Positions 19,312 through 28,227 of a stretch of DNA of 45,450 nucleotides are shown in pieces. The position numbers and the translations under genes were made by a program. The stretch comes from a virus (taxonomy: Duplodnaviria; Caudoviricetes), in the IMG/VR virus record IMGVR_UViG_3300035130_000164, positions 1 through 45,450 of that record. One strand, given 5' to 3'. The notes under the pieces were generated by a model that was given only the letters and a program-made list of their open reading frames with translations, made no database searches and was not told the DNA's origin. Within the stretch, counting starts at the first letter, position 1. Every line of letters starts with the position of its first letter.

Positions 19312-20097
19312 TTATGCCTCAATGGCTATTTGTACTAATTGTCTCCCAGGGGGCTGTGTCATATCTGCAAGACAATGAAAAGTCATTGCTATGCCACCGA
19401 ATTGGGCCTGCATTTGTATTGCAAACTCACTGGCACCAATCCGTTTTGCCCTGGGTGCAACAATAGTAAGATGTTTGCCATTGTCAAGTTCATGGGTTAT
19501 CCTCAGTTCTCCTTCATAATCCGCAAGTTGCCCACCGAAAAAAGTAACCGCACTGGTAGCACTCTGATTGTATTCAACCAATACAGTATCTCCGTCGGTT
19601 ATATCCCCTGCATCAATTCTTTTAACATTTCCAGTTTCAGATGATGCTGTATAATCAGTTCCTTTTGTATATCCATCCGGAGTGTTACTCAGATCTGATT
19701 TGAAAACCTTTATAGTTCCGGTTTCATAACCAGCGCCATCTATAGTGATAGTTGTTGTCCCGGTTAATTTATGATGCTCACTATATCTGTGTACAAAAGA
19801 TGTAACTGTGCTAGAATATCCCTCGCTCTGTATAGTTGTTGAACTCTCTTTACTTTCAGCTTGAGCATATGAATATCTTAATTGATGTGGCTTCAAATCT
19901 GAAATTACCAAATCAATCTCACATATATCTTTCGTAACGTGAGACCCTACATTTACATTTCTATCCTCAAGTCCATATTGCACAGACTCCCGGTTGATAC
20001 GCAGTGTTACCTGCGTCATGGGTGAGCCAAGTCTTACATCAGCCCAGTAAGCCCTGCAAGGACCGATAGGTAATGTTTCCAAAACATCTCTACTCAT
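19312..20097 (-). CDS. major tail (tube) protein
   Basis: Position after tail terminator; PIGPCRAY N-terminus; T/S-rich inserted domain. Confidence 0.65.
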   Translation of the reverse strand: MSRDVLETLPIGPCRAYWADVRLGSPMTQVTLRINRESVQYGLEDRNVNVGSHVTKDICEIDLVISDLKPHQLRYSYAQAESKESSTTIQSEGYSSTVTSFVHRYSEHHKLTGTTTITIDGAGYETGTIKVFKSDLSNTPDGYTKGTDYTASSETGNVKRIDAGDITDGDTVLVEYNQSATSAVTFFGGQLADYEGELRITHELDNGKHLTIVAPRAKRIGASEFAIQMQAQFGGIAMTFHCLADMTQPPGRQLVQIAIEA

Positions 20098-20501
20098 ATT
20101 ATTCCCTTCCTCAAAAAAACATTAAAGCTCATAGCTAAACCATAAGCATTCATTTGTGGATCATGTAATTCAGAATTATCACTATCGTAAACAATTCTAA
20201 ATCCATTACCATTCCCTTTTTGATGCAGCAAATAAATTATTCGATTTGCTATATCTTCATATGTATCATCCTGTGACCATACATTTATTTTTAAATCGAC
20301 TCTTTTTGATATTATTTCCTTTCCAATCTCATCTTGAACACTTCCAGGTCTTAACGAAAAAACAACATACGGAAAATCAGGAGTGGTTGGTGGATAAATA
20401 TAATACGTTTTATAAGGTTGTGCTGTTGGACTGCCAAGCAATTCTATATAATCTGCATCGCTCGTCAACATATTCCTTATTTGCGTTTTTACCACATTCA
20501 T
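20094..20501 (-). CDS. tail terminator/completion protein
   Basis: PDFPYVVF, INVWS motifs; synteny. Confidence 0.65.
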   Translation of the reverse strand: MNVVKTQIRNMLTSDADYIELLGSPTAQPYKTYYIYPPTTPDFPYVVFSLRPGSVQDEIGKEIISKRVDLKINVWSQDDTYEDIANRIIYLLHQKGNGNGFRIVYDSDNSELHDPQMNAYGLAMSFNVFLRKGII

Positions 20502-20917
20502 ATGTTCAACACCTTATTCACTCCAGCTTCTAAAATAAGAATAATTTTTTTCTCATTCACGGATAACGCTGGCCCTAAAAAAGGATAAGCCCTGCTTCTC
20601 GATGTTCCAAACTCAACCGCTGCCGCATATTCAACTAATCCTGGTGTCCCTGCAAGCACATCTGCCTGTATTTTTCCTCTCTCAGCTTTTACCTTGTCTG
20701 CCCTTATAGAATTAGTAAGCCTTCCAGACCTGTCATAATATCTTTCATCCGGATGACTTCCCTCTGGCGGCGGCGCTTTATGATTCGCCTTTGCGTGATC
20801 TCTCACCAGGTTTTGAGCCACTTGAATTGCTGCTATCAATATCGGATCTCCGAAGTTTTGTATTTTTTTCAACTTTGCTTGAAATTCCGTTATATCTATC
20901 TCCATCTTTGGTTCCAC
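20498..20917 (-). CDS. HK97 gp10-like neck protein
   Basis: DRSGRLTNSI, EYAAAVEFGTSRSRAYPFLGPA. Confidence 0.85.
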   Translation of the reverse strand: MEPKMEIDITEFQAKLKKIQNFGDPILIAAIQVAQNLVRDHAKANHKAPPPEGSHPDERYYDRSGRLTNSIRADKVKAERGKIQADVLAGTPGLVEYAAAVEFGTSRSRAYPFLGPALSVNEKKIILILEAGVNKVLNI

Positions 20918-21050
20918 TTTTCTTATCCTTCTCTATTTCATTCCAAGTCTTTTCAACATCAATTTTCTGATGTTTATAAATGAAAAATTTATTACCCATA
21001 TCTTTATGAGCTTTAATGTGCTTTACTGTTAATCTTCCTGGTAATTTCAT
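20778..21050 (-). CDS. hypothetical protein (overlaps next gene)
   Basis: ATGA coupling to upstream stop; fills a 130-nt gap; 3' half overlaps gp10-like gene. Confidence 0.3.
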   Translation of the reverse strand: MKLPGRLTVKHIKAHKDMGNKFFIYKHQKIDVEKTWNEIEKDKKSGTKDGDRYNGISSKVEKNTKLRRSDIDSSNSSGSKPGERSRKGES

Positions 21051-21391
21051 CTTCCCTCAACCTTCCTGGCATGAATTTCTTTATGCCCCAAATAATCGCA
21101 AACACTTTCAACTTCATGATAATCAGTACTTCCAGATTCAAACAATCTATGCTTTACTGCAACGCTGGATGTTTGCGGAAAAATAATAAGGTCAAATCGA
21201 TCTATTATTTGCCCTCTCTCATCCTTTATCAATTTACCGGATTTCGAGAATATATATACAGTAGATGTTTCAACAACCGTTGTTGTTTGTGAAGGTATAA
21301 CATTAGTATGGCTGAACGATGCTGAACGCACCGTAACAGCCACACTACCACTTTCTTCTAGAATATCATTCGTATCATCCGCCCAGCTCAT
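21047..21391 (-). CDS. head closure/head-tail adaptor
   Basis: Size and synteny after capsid; ATGA coupling. Confidence 0.55.
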   Translation of the reverse strand: MSWADDTNDILEESGSVAVTVRSASFSHTNVIPSQTTTVVETSTVYIFSKSGKLIKDERGQIIDRFDLIIFPQTSSVAVKHRLFESGSTDYHEVESVCDYLGHKEIHARKVEGR

Positions 21392-21642
21392 TCATCACCT
21401 ATATATTCGCTTTCATCTTCCCCAAAATCCGAAATGTCAAAAGCAACATGTCGTATATCCTCATATGGTTCATCCTGAGATTCCGCAAGATATTGAGCTC
21501 TCAATTTCCGCAGTTCTCTTAACGCCTGATGCTTCTCAACTGATTTAGTTGAAATTTTATAACTTGTTATATTTTTGAAATCTGCAAGCAAATCTGTTAT
21601 GAGAGCATCAATTGTTTCAACCATAGAAGCAGCAGACATCAA
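21388..21642 (-). CDS. head-tail joining protein (gpW-like)
   Basis: SYKISTKSV...LRELRKLR pattern; synteny. Confidence 0.5.
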   Translation of the reverse strand: MMSAASMVETIDALITDLLADFKNITSYKISTKSVEKHQALRELRKLRAQYLAESQDEPYEDIRHVAFDISDFGEDESEYIGDE

Positions 21643-22796
21643 CCACCGCCTGTACTCATAACAACGTATCTATTTGTGATTGCACCACAACCACCCATGA
21701 ATCTTACCTTGATTCCAAGGATTACATCACGTTTCCATTCTTCCGAATTGCCTGGTTTTGCCTGAAAAGTCTGTAACGGAAAAACCTGGGTGTAAATAAA
21801 TTGTTTCTTAAAATCGCCCAGGAACCAGTATGTAGCAGCTTTTTTATTGTCAACAAAAGGCGACCAATATACTTCAAAATCATTTTTGTAAGGGTTAATC
21901 ACTCCTGAACTATATGTTGCAACTGTTGACCCTGTTGACCGTACGATTTTTTTTGCGGTTGCAGATTTCGCCATCGATGTTAAAAGCACTTTTGGTACTA
22001 TATTCATATAGTGCCCTTCTTCATCGGCGAATGTTGCAAACTGGGTAATAGCTGAATCAATATCAGTTTCATCAGTTAGTACATCTGTAATTGAATTATC
22101 AATTGTGGAACCACTATATGGATCTGTCGAGGTACTCGAGTACAATGTTGTCGACGTTCCAGCAGGTCTCCATGATGCATAGGCCCCGGTGGAAGCGTTT
22201 TCCAGGACAGCATCCATGATCACTTCTTCTTGCTTTGATCTCGCATTCTCACCAATATTTTTTGCACGATTTACAAACTGTCCGGTCTGATCAAATTTTA
22301 CCATTTCTTCGGTTAAATAGATAATTCTTCCGAATTTTCTATTTTTAATTTTATGATACTTTTCACTAAATCCGGTTTCAACATATTCAGTGCCCTCTAT
22401 TATTTCAACCAGTTCTCCAGCAGCAGTAAGCCCAACAATAGTATCATCTTTCTGCGTAGAAGGAAGAACAGTCACAAGGTTCATACCTACCCCGTATGCG
22501 AGCTGGTAAGCATCCTGTACAGTCTTGTTTATCAATGCTCCGGTTATTTTCGGGAATGCAGAAGAATCCATTTGTTCTGTAAATTCTTTTTCGTTTATAA
22601 GTTTACCCAACTCAAATTCACGTTTGAGATTAGGGCGATTCATAGCTTCCCACAATCCCTTTAAGGAAAAGTTGTCTGCATTTATATCCCCTTCATTTAT
22701 CAGCGTAATGATGTTATTTGCAAATTTTATCTCGCCATCTTTTGCATAGCGATCTTTCATTATAGACCAATCTATTTTTCCCATATTACGCTCCAT
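21639..22796 (-). CDS. major capsid protein (Mu gpT-like)
   Basis: KFGRIIYLTEEMVKFD, IVPKVLL, NPYKN, YWFLGD pattern; position after protease and decoration genes. Confidence 0.85.
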   Translation of the reverse strand: MERNMGKIDWSIMKDRYAKDGEIKFANNIITLINEGDINADNFSLKGLWEAMNRPNLKREFELGKLINEKEFTEQMDSSAFPKITGALINKTVQDAYQLAYGVGMNLVTVLPSTQKDDTIVGLTAAGELVEIIEGTEYVETGFSEKYHKIKNRKFGRIIYLTEEMVKFDQTGQFVNRAKNIGENARSKQEEVIMDAVLENASTGAYASWRPAGTSTTLYSSTSTDPYSGSTIDNSITDVLTDETDIDSAITQFATFADEEGHYMNIVPKVLLTSMAKSATAKKIVRSTGSTVATYSSGVINPYKNDFEVYWSPFVDNKKAATYWFLGDFKKQFIYTQVFPLQTFQAKPGNSEEWKRDVILGIKVRFMGGCGAITNRYVVMSTGGG

Positions 22797-23265
22797 TCAC
22801 CACTGTTTTATTATATTTGCAACCCATGAACGTTACATAAACTGTTGATCCAGATGCTTCAAGTTCCTGTGCACAGATAGCTACAGCATTGGACGCGGAT
22901 GCATTCGGGTTAGATCCAGCGGTCAAATAACTTGTCAGTTGCTGTGGTTGTGCGGATGTCAATTTAAACATTTGCCCATACTTCCACGCCGTTGTTCTGC
23001 TTCCTGCAACCAGATCGAATTCAAATACAGTACCATATCCAAGTTGATAAATCCTTATAACATCTGCTGTTGGAGCTGTTGTCGGTGATGCAGACATCGC
23101 AACGCCTACTAAGGCAGTTGCATCACTCGATGCGGTTACTCTCTGTATCCTTCCATTTGATCCGACCCTCTTTACCAGATCACCAACTGAAATTGCAACG
23201 GTCCCGGTCTTTTTGAGCTTCAGCTCTACCTTGGGACCCCATCTATATCTATATTTATCAGCCAT
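22786..23265 (-). CDS. head decoration/cement protein
   Basis: AISVGDLV...LVGVAM pattern; between protease and capsid. Confidence 0.6.
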   Translation of the reverse strand: MADKYRYRWGPKVELKLKKTGTVAISVGDLVKRVGSNGRIQRVTASSDATALVGVAMSASPTTAPTADVIRIYQLGYGTVFEFDLVAGSRTTAWKYGQMFKLTSAQPQQLTSYLTAGSNPNASASNAVAICAQELEASGSTVYVTFMGCKYNKTVVNGA

Positions 23266-24652
23266 TCTTTACTTTATAACCTTCGATAGCCTTCCCGTAT
23301 GTTTTGGAAGATTCTGTGTAATCGTGATCTTTATCAGGATCAGCTTCATCACCCATGCCTTTTACAATAGCGCTTTCTTTAATGAAGCTCTTTCGATCTT
23401 TAATAAGAACATCGATTTCAGCATCTTCTTTTGTATTTAACAAAGTACTTTTAAATACTTCTGTTACAGCTTCTTTCGGCAGCTTGCTCTCTTCAATTTT
23501 CTTCATGATCATTGATTTTTTCTTTGCAAGTGCCGCCTTGACCTCGTATTTATCAAGAGTTTCTTTAAGTTTCTTGTTCTCCTCTTTTAATGTTTGTATT
23601 TCTTTCTCCTTTCCTTCAATACTTTTCTTTGTTTCTGCACTTTCCTCATGTTCTTTGACAATTTGCCCCACAAGGTCTGGTCTACTTTCAATTAGATCAG
23701 CCAGCTTTAAATTTGATATATCCATATCTTCTTCTTTACTCCTCCTTAAAGATTCAAAAATATTTGACGTTGATCCTGGTTCAGTAACTAAATCTGTAGA
23801 CTGCATAATTTTTAAATCCTGAACAGTTTCAAATAGTGTGCTTTCATTGAATGTTGACGGTCCATATGCATGAATCGAGAAACCAACTTTATCAGACATC
23901 TGATCTACGATAGGTGCAAACCACTCTTTGTGATTTTCTAAATAATGAAAATCAGCCCTTGTTGTTTTACCATCAACCCTCCCGTTTTCAAAAAATCCAA
24001 GCAGATCCCGAACATTCCGGATTCCCCCTCGCTCTTCGAGCTCTTCTCTTGTAGCATGGTTTACATATGACTTTCTTCCCTCTATCAACCTTGCAGCCGA
24101 TTCCATCGCTTCAGGGCTGTACTTTCTGCCTTTACCTTTTTTATACGAACAATTCCTTGAAGATTCATTCAGAACCGCTACTCCATATACAATACAGCTC
24201 TCTTTATCGTGCTTCAATTTATTATTCGTAAAAACACTCTCAGTAATTTCATTATAATTAACTTTCATTCTTTTCCCTTCTCGCCTGGAAATATCTCCTA
24301 TCTTATATCTTTTTAAAATCCTGCTTACCTTGCTCTTTATCTCGGGCGGTAAGTTCATCGGTTCCCCGGTCCTTGCGCCTCCAATAGCCTGGGCTATTGC
24401 TCTCAGAGCATTAAGATTAACATCCCCTGCCTGTTTGTACATACCTGTTTCTGAGTCGATTCCCCCGATACCTTCCCTGTATGGCAGATGCCATGTACTT
24501 TTCTTATTAGGGTCCTCAACCCATAAAAAACAACTCATGGGTAACTTTGATTTATCTACAGCAGCCCATGGGGCTTCCGATGCCTCAAGGATTTTATTTA
24601 CTTTTTTTTCCAGGAACACTGCTGCTAAAATATTATTCGTTACCTTATCCAT
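23258..24652 (-). CDS. capsid maturation protease/scaffold with N-terminal extra domain
   Basis: SYVNH, VGFSI, STDLVTEPG protease-like motifs followed by coiled-coil scaffold. Confidence 0.75.
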   Translation of the reverse strand: MDKVTNNILAAVFLEKKVNKILEASEAPWAAVDKSKLPMSCFLWVEDPNKKSTWHLPYREGIGGIDSETGMYKQAGDVNLNALRAIAQAIGGARTGEPMNLPPEIKSKVSRILKRYKIGDISRREGKRMKVNYNEITESVFTNNKLKHDKESCIVYGVAVLNESSRNCSYKKGKGRKYSPEAMESAARLIEGRKSYVNHATREELEERGGIRNVRDLLGFFENGRVDGKTTRADFHYLENHKEWFAPIVDQMSDKVGFSIHAYGPSTFNESTLFETVQDLKIMQSTDLVTEPGSTSNIFESLRRSKEEDMDISNLKLADLIESRPDLVGQIVKEHEESAETKKSIEGKEKEIQTLKEENKKLKETLDKYEVKAALAKKKSMIMKKIEESKLPKEAVTEVFKSTLLNTKEDAEIDVLIKDRKSFIKESAIVKGMGDEADPDKDHDYTESSKTYGKAIEGYKVKNG

Positions 24653-24661
24653 ATCTCTCTC

Positions 24662-25189
24662 TTAATATATTTTATGATAATGCCCTCTTTTAATCTCGAT
24701 GTCCTCTCCGACCATTACCTTAACACCAAGTTTATTTTCCTTATGCTCTCCCCTGGTCTCTTTTAGCCAGTTGTCAAAGTATCGCCTGAATAAATCCCGC
24801 TCTTTTCTCCTCTTTGCTTCCCATTCTTTCTTATCAGCCTTTTTCTCTATGAGTCTTCTTTTCCCCAGCTCTTTATTTATATCTGCTTCTGATTTTGCCT
24901 CAAGGTTATATTTTTTCAACTCTGCGGTAGTGAAAGGTCTATGCCCATCAAAAGAAAAATGAGAAGGAACCTCTCCGAATAAGTTTGCCAGTTTAGCCCC
25001 AAGCTCAACAGGGGTTATCCCGCTGTCCCTTTCGATCAACCTGAGTATTTCTTCATTAACCAAATCCTCAACCTTTTCCTTTTTATAATTACTCGCAGGA
25101 TCTCTCCTCTTTAAATTCTTCATAGCAAATTCAATAACATAATTTTTACTAAAATCATTTCTGATTTTCTCCTCTGTAACTTTAGCCAT
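24662..25189 (-). CDS. hypothetical protein, first gene of head operon
   Basis: Start MAKVTEE at 25189 after AAGGAGG (track start 25228 lies in a hairpin). Confidence 0.6.
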   Translation of the reverse strand: MAKVTEEKIRNDFSKNYVIEFAMKNLKRRDPASNYKKEKVEDLVNEEILRLIERDSGITPVELGAKLANLFGEVPSHFSFDGHRPFTTAELKKYNLEAKSEADINKELGKRRLIEKKADKKEWEAKRRKERDLFRRYFDNWLKETRGEHKENKLGVKVMVGEDIEIKRGHYHKIY

Positions 25190-25210
25190 CTGGCCCTCCT
25201 TGTTATTAAT

Positions 25211-25273
25211 AAAAAAAAGGACCCGCAAAATATTTCAAGACTTGTAGTCTTGAGCAATTTCACGGGTCCTTTT
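25211..25273 (-). terminator. terminator-like leader hairpin of head operon
   Basis: AAAAGGACCCG/CGGGTCCTTTT outer stem, TCAAGAC/GTCTTGA inner stem, T8 run. Confidence 0.55.
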
Positions 25274-25296
25274 AAGGTTTACCCTATTTATCAAAG

Positions 25297-25324
25297 ATTA
25301 TAGCACATATAAATATTGTGTCAA
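25297..25324 (-). promoter_or_regulatory. sigma70-type promoter TTGACA-N16-TATAAT with TGn extended -10
   Basis: Perfect consensus hexamers. Confidence 0.7.
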
Positions 25325-25326
25325 GT

Positions 25327-25354
25327 AAAAAAAAGCCGGGAGTTACCCCGGCTT
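25327..25354 (-). terminator. intrinsic terminator
   Basis: AAGCCGGG/CCCGGCTT stem followed by T-run. Confidence 0.75.
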
Positions 25355-25634
25355 AAAATATTTTTTATTTCTCTAAAACTATTTTGTTAAGTCATTTACT
25401 GTTTGCTCTAATGCTATTGAGAGATCCTTTAACGACTTAGCAATAATTCTATATCCAGTTGCTATTTTTTTTGATTTTTCCAATTTGCTTAATAATTTAT
25501 ATTTAACATTTAATAAATTATTAGAAATAGTGCCAATTTCTTTACCTGTCATTTGCATAATATCCCTTTTCTGGAGTCTTTCTCACTGACCGTTGCCGGA
25601 CTCCCTGTCAGATATTAAAAAAAATCTATAGCCT

Positions 25635-25937
25635 TTATCTTTCTTTATATCCATACACATGATAACACCATCCATTTGATATATTAACTCCTATAAGCAT
25701 ATGTACAAGTTTTATTTGTTTTTCATAATAGATAGACAAATATTCTTCATAATATTCGACTGTGTGTTTATCCTGTGTATTCTCCGTCACTGCCTTTTCC
25801 GCTCGTTCACGATTCCATTCTATAAGTCTGTCACTATATACATAGTCAAGTCCTTTTTCCTTTTTCCCATACACTGTTCTTTCTCCAGATGTACAAGGAG
25901 GAACCTCGCTATAATGCAAGAAATCTTTTACTTCCAT
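25635..25937 (-). CDS. hypothetical protein
   Basis: Start MEVKDF at 25937 after purine-rich RBS; upstream part of track ORF is GC-rich hairpin sequence. Confidence 0.55.
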   Translation of the reverse strand: MEVKDFLHYSEVPPCTSGERTVYGKKEKGLDYVYSDRLIEWNRERAEKAVTENTQDKHTVEYYEEYLSIYYEKQIKLVHMLIGVNISNGWCYHVYGYKER

Positions 25938-26092
25938 CTTTCCTCTTCTCTCCTTAACCCTTGGGGCTGGTTTCCGGGCAATTCTCCGTCCAGGCTGTCC
26001 ACGGACAACCCAGAGAGGAGGGGGACAATCAAGTCCCCCTGCCGTGTTATTCTGAATACTTTTCCCTATATTTTTCGGCTTGCTCTTCTTCT

Positions 26093-26467
26093 TCAATATC
26101 TCTTTTGATTTCGTTGTTTTTTTTCATATTTTTGAATTGTTCCAACCGGATCTTTCTCAAACTCATCAATTGCACTATCGGGAATAGATGAATCAGTATT
26201 CATAATATTAGCTAATTTATCAGCTAATTCACTTGTATCTTGATATTTCCGTCCATCTGTAACGAATAGAATATCAAGCTTTTCTTTTTCAACCATCGAG
26301 TAACATTGAGAAGAGGTGGAAACTTTTGCTTTTCCTTCTTCATTCCACTCAAAAGGGCCTATAAGAGAAACAGCATTTGTATGTTGATTGAACTGTCTCA
26401 GATAATATTTTTCATCTTTCCTGATGTAACTTGAATATTTTCCTATTTTGACTTCTTCAATTATCAT
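26093..26467 (-). CDS. hypothetical protein
   Basis: Start MIIEEV after GAGGTG, ATGA-coupled. Confidence 0.5.
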   Translation of the reverse strand: MIIEEVKIGKYSSYIRKDEKYYLRQFNQHTNAVSLIGPFEWNEEGKAKVSTSSQCYSMVEKEKLDILFVTDGRKYQDTSELADKLANIMNTDSSIPDSAIDEFEKDPVGTIQKYEKKQRNQKRY

Positions 26468-26715
26468 GCGACACCTCTTAATTGAAAACAATTAAGATAA
26501 GAAATTACATTTTCATGGTTGCTTGAAGAAGTAAGCCAATGTCCCCAGCCACCAGATGTTGAATTATCGCCTATTTCAAGGTTCAGGAGATAATCAATAT
26601 CATAATCGCTAACTGCCACATTACCCCAGTTACCTCCCCGTGATACTCTCACAGTGTGATATCCTTGTTTTTTTGCAAGTTCCAACTTGTTCTTAAAATT
26701 ATTTGTTATCTTCAT
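26464..26715 (-). CDS. hypothetical protein
   Basis: Start MKITNN after GGGAG; N-terminus duplicated at 32618-32693. Confidence 0.5.
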   Translation of the reverse strand: MKITNNFKNKLELAKKQGYHTVRVSRGGNWGNVAVSDYDIDYLLNLEIGDNSTSGGWGHWLTSSSNHENVISYLNCFQLRGVA

Positions 26716-26721
26716 ACTACT
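26646..26721. repeat. 76-bp direct repeat, copy 1 (copy 2 at 32618-32693)
   Basis: Identical by visual alignment; encodes SSMKITNNFKNKLELAKKQGYHTVR. Confidence 0.85.
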
Positions 26722-26844
26722 ACTCCCTCTCCGCACTTAAGGCTGCTGATCACCTTCATTCTTCCGTGTAGGCTGTCTCTCCTACCCGTGAAAGGCTTTC
26801 AAGCTTTGAACTTGTCTCGACTTCCCTCAGCCTTTCTATTAATA

Positions 26845-26873
26845 AGTATATATCTTTTTTATGTTTTTGTCAA
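26845..26873 (-). promoter_or_regulatory. sigma70-type promoter TTGACA-N17-TATACT
   Basis: Consensus match; 26825-26874 nearly duplicates 181-230. Confidence 0.7.
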
Positions 26874-26923
26874 GCTTTCATTAAAAATAAATGAGGTTTT
26901 TTGACTTTTTTTTAGGTTGATAC

Positions 26924-27214
26924 TTAACGTTTATTAAGCTTTTTTTGTCTATATCTCTCTCTGTTGTATTCTCTTTTTCTTTCTTTCTGTTCAGGAGTAA
27001 GCTCTATTTTTTTCTTATACCATTCTGTGTCTTTTTTCTTTTCATGATATCTCTCCCGCTCTCTTTTCAGACGGTCCGGGTCTCCCTTTAGTTTATTTGT
27101 ATAATACTCAGCCTGATATTGTTTTTCTTTTTTCTTTTTGCAATCAGGGTTACTGCACACTGTTTGATTCTTCCGAGTAGGTTCAAATTTCTTTTTACAT
27201 ATTTCACATTTCAT
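26924..27214 (-). CDS. small basic zinc-finger protein
   Basis: CEIC...CSNPDC, K/R-rich; promoter immediately upstream suggests leaderless mRNA. Confidence 0.6.
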   Translation of the reverse strand: MKCEICKKKFEPTRKNQTVCSNPDCKKKKEKQYQAEYYTNKLKGDPDRLKRERERYHEKKKDTEWYKKKIELTPEQKERKREYNRERYRQKKLNKR

Positions 27215-27220
27215 ATTTCT

Positions 27221-27249
27221 AATTTACACAATTTACTATCTTTTGTCAA
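27221..27249 (-). promoter_or_regulatory. sigma70-type promoter TTGACA-N17-TAAATT
   Basis: Consensus spacing; -10 ends 6 nt before ATG at 27214. Confidence 0.55.
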
Positions 27250-27389
27250 GAAAAACCATAATTCTGTTTATATACGGGAATTGATACCATTTAACATTTA
27301 CTCCAACACCGTATCTTCCAGGGCTTTTAATGTCCATCTGTCCTTTTTTATTCCCAGCAAGGTATACTTTTATACCAACTTTCCCAGGC

Positions 27390-27614
27390 TCAACCAGGGT
27401 ACAACTCATAAAGATAAAAAATTAATTTGATTATCCTGTATATGCAGTATACAAAATACCCCAAAATAATTATTGTTGAAATCTGCGATATTATCACTAT
27501 CGCATCAATTCTTGAATTATACCCTATCGGCAAAATAAGTCCAAAGAATAAAAATATCAATACAACCAAAGTACATAATTCAATTATTATTCTTACCATA
27601 CATTCTCCTTTCAT
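27390..27614 (-). CDS. small 2-TM membrane protein
   Basis: Two hydrophobic segments; AAGGAG RBS before second Met. Confidence 0.45.
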   Translation of the reverse strand: MKGECMVRIIIELCTLVVLIFLFFGLILPIGYNSRIDAIVIISQISTIIILGYFVYCIYRIIKLIFYLYELYPG

Positions 27615-27647
27615 GTATAAATTTAATTACCGACTCACTCCATCCGT

Positions 27648-27950
27648 CTATCCACCTTCCATATCCAATCCCGTTTTGATTAGCTCTGTAACTACATCAA
27701 ATAGCTGTCGAATAGCCCTCCATGAAAAACTGATTCCTGTTTTTAAAGAAATATAAGGTTTGCCATCCTCTCCATATAAAATATCTGCTTCTATTGCCAG
27801 CTCTTTTATTCTTTCAGGATTTACTTTTTTACACAAGTCCTGAATTCTGGTTGCAATATAAACCCCATCCTCATGAAAATCTGACTCCCACAAAAGACAA
27901 GCCAACACGGACTGCCTTAATTTCTTGATTTTTCTATTTATACTCGCCAT
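27648..27950 (-). pseudogene. chimeric ORF: truncated TROVE N-terminus fused to tail-fibre C-terminal segment
   Basis: First ~55 aa align to start of 28228-29535; 27676-27784 matches 9902-10010 with 3 mismatches. Confidence 0.75.
27676..27784. repeat. 109-bp dispersed direct repeat of tail-fibre 3' region (9902-10010)
   Basis: Visual alignment, 3 substitutions. Confidence 0.85.
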
Positions 27951-27958
27951 TCTTTGAT

Positions 27959-28135
27959 CTACCTCTCATACTCATTATCGTAATAAAAGTCCCCAGTTTC
28001 AAAATCAGGGCAATTATTACGGATCATATTATGCCTATCTTGAAAGCTGCGATCATTTATTTCTTCGGTGGTATAACCATTCGCCTTCAAAATAGCTGTC
28101 TGTCTATCCCAATCCCATATTTGTTCTTCTGTCAT
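27959..28135 (-). CDS. small acidic hypothetical protein (58 aa)
   Basis: GGAGAGG RBS; MTEEQIWDWDRQ...; below track cutoff. Confidence 0.45.
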   Translation of the reverse strand: MTEEQIWDWDRQTAILKANGYTTEEINDRSFQDRHNMIRNNCPDFETGDFYYDNEYER

Positions 28136-28227
28136 TTAAGCCTCTCCACATGGAAATCTATAATAAAATTGTATTAATAAATTTATTGCGGTAAGTATAT
28201 GTTAATTCATACTAACCAATGCCCCGC

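Noticed and set aside
9902-27784. 109-bp repeat of the tail-fibre 3' end as a diversity-generating retroelement VR/TR pair
   Set aside because: Only 3 mismatches, not all at adenines of one copy, and no reverse transcriptase in the window
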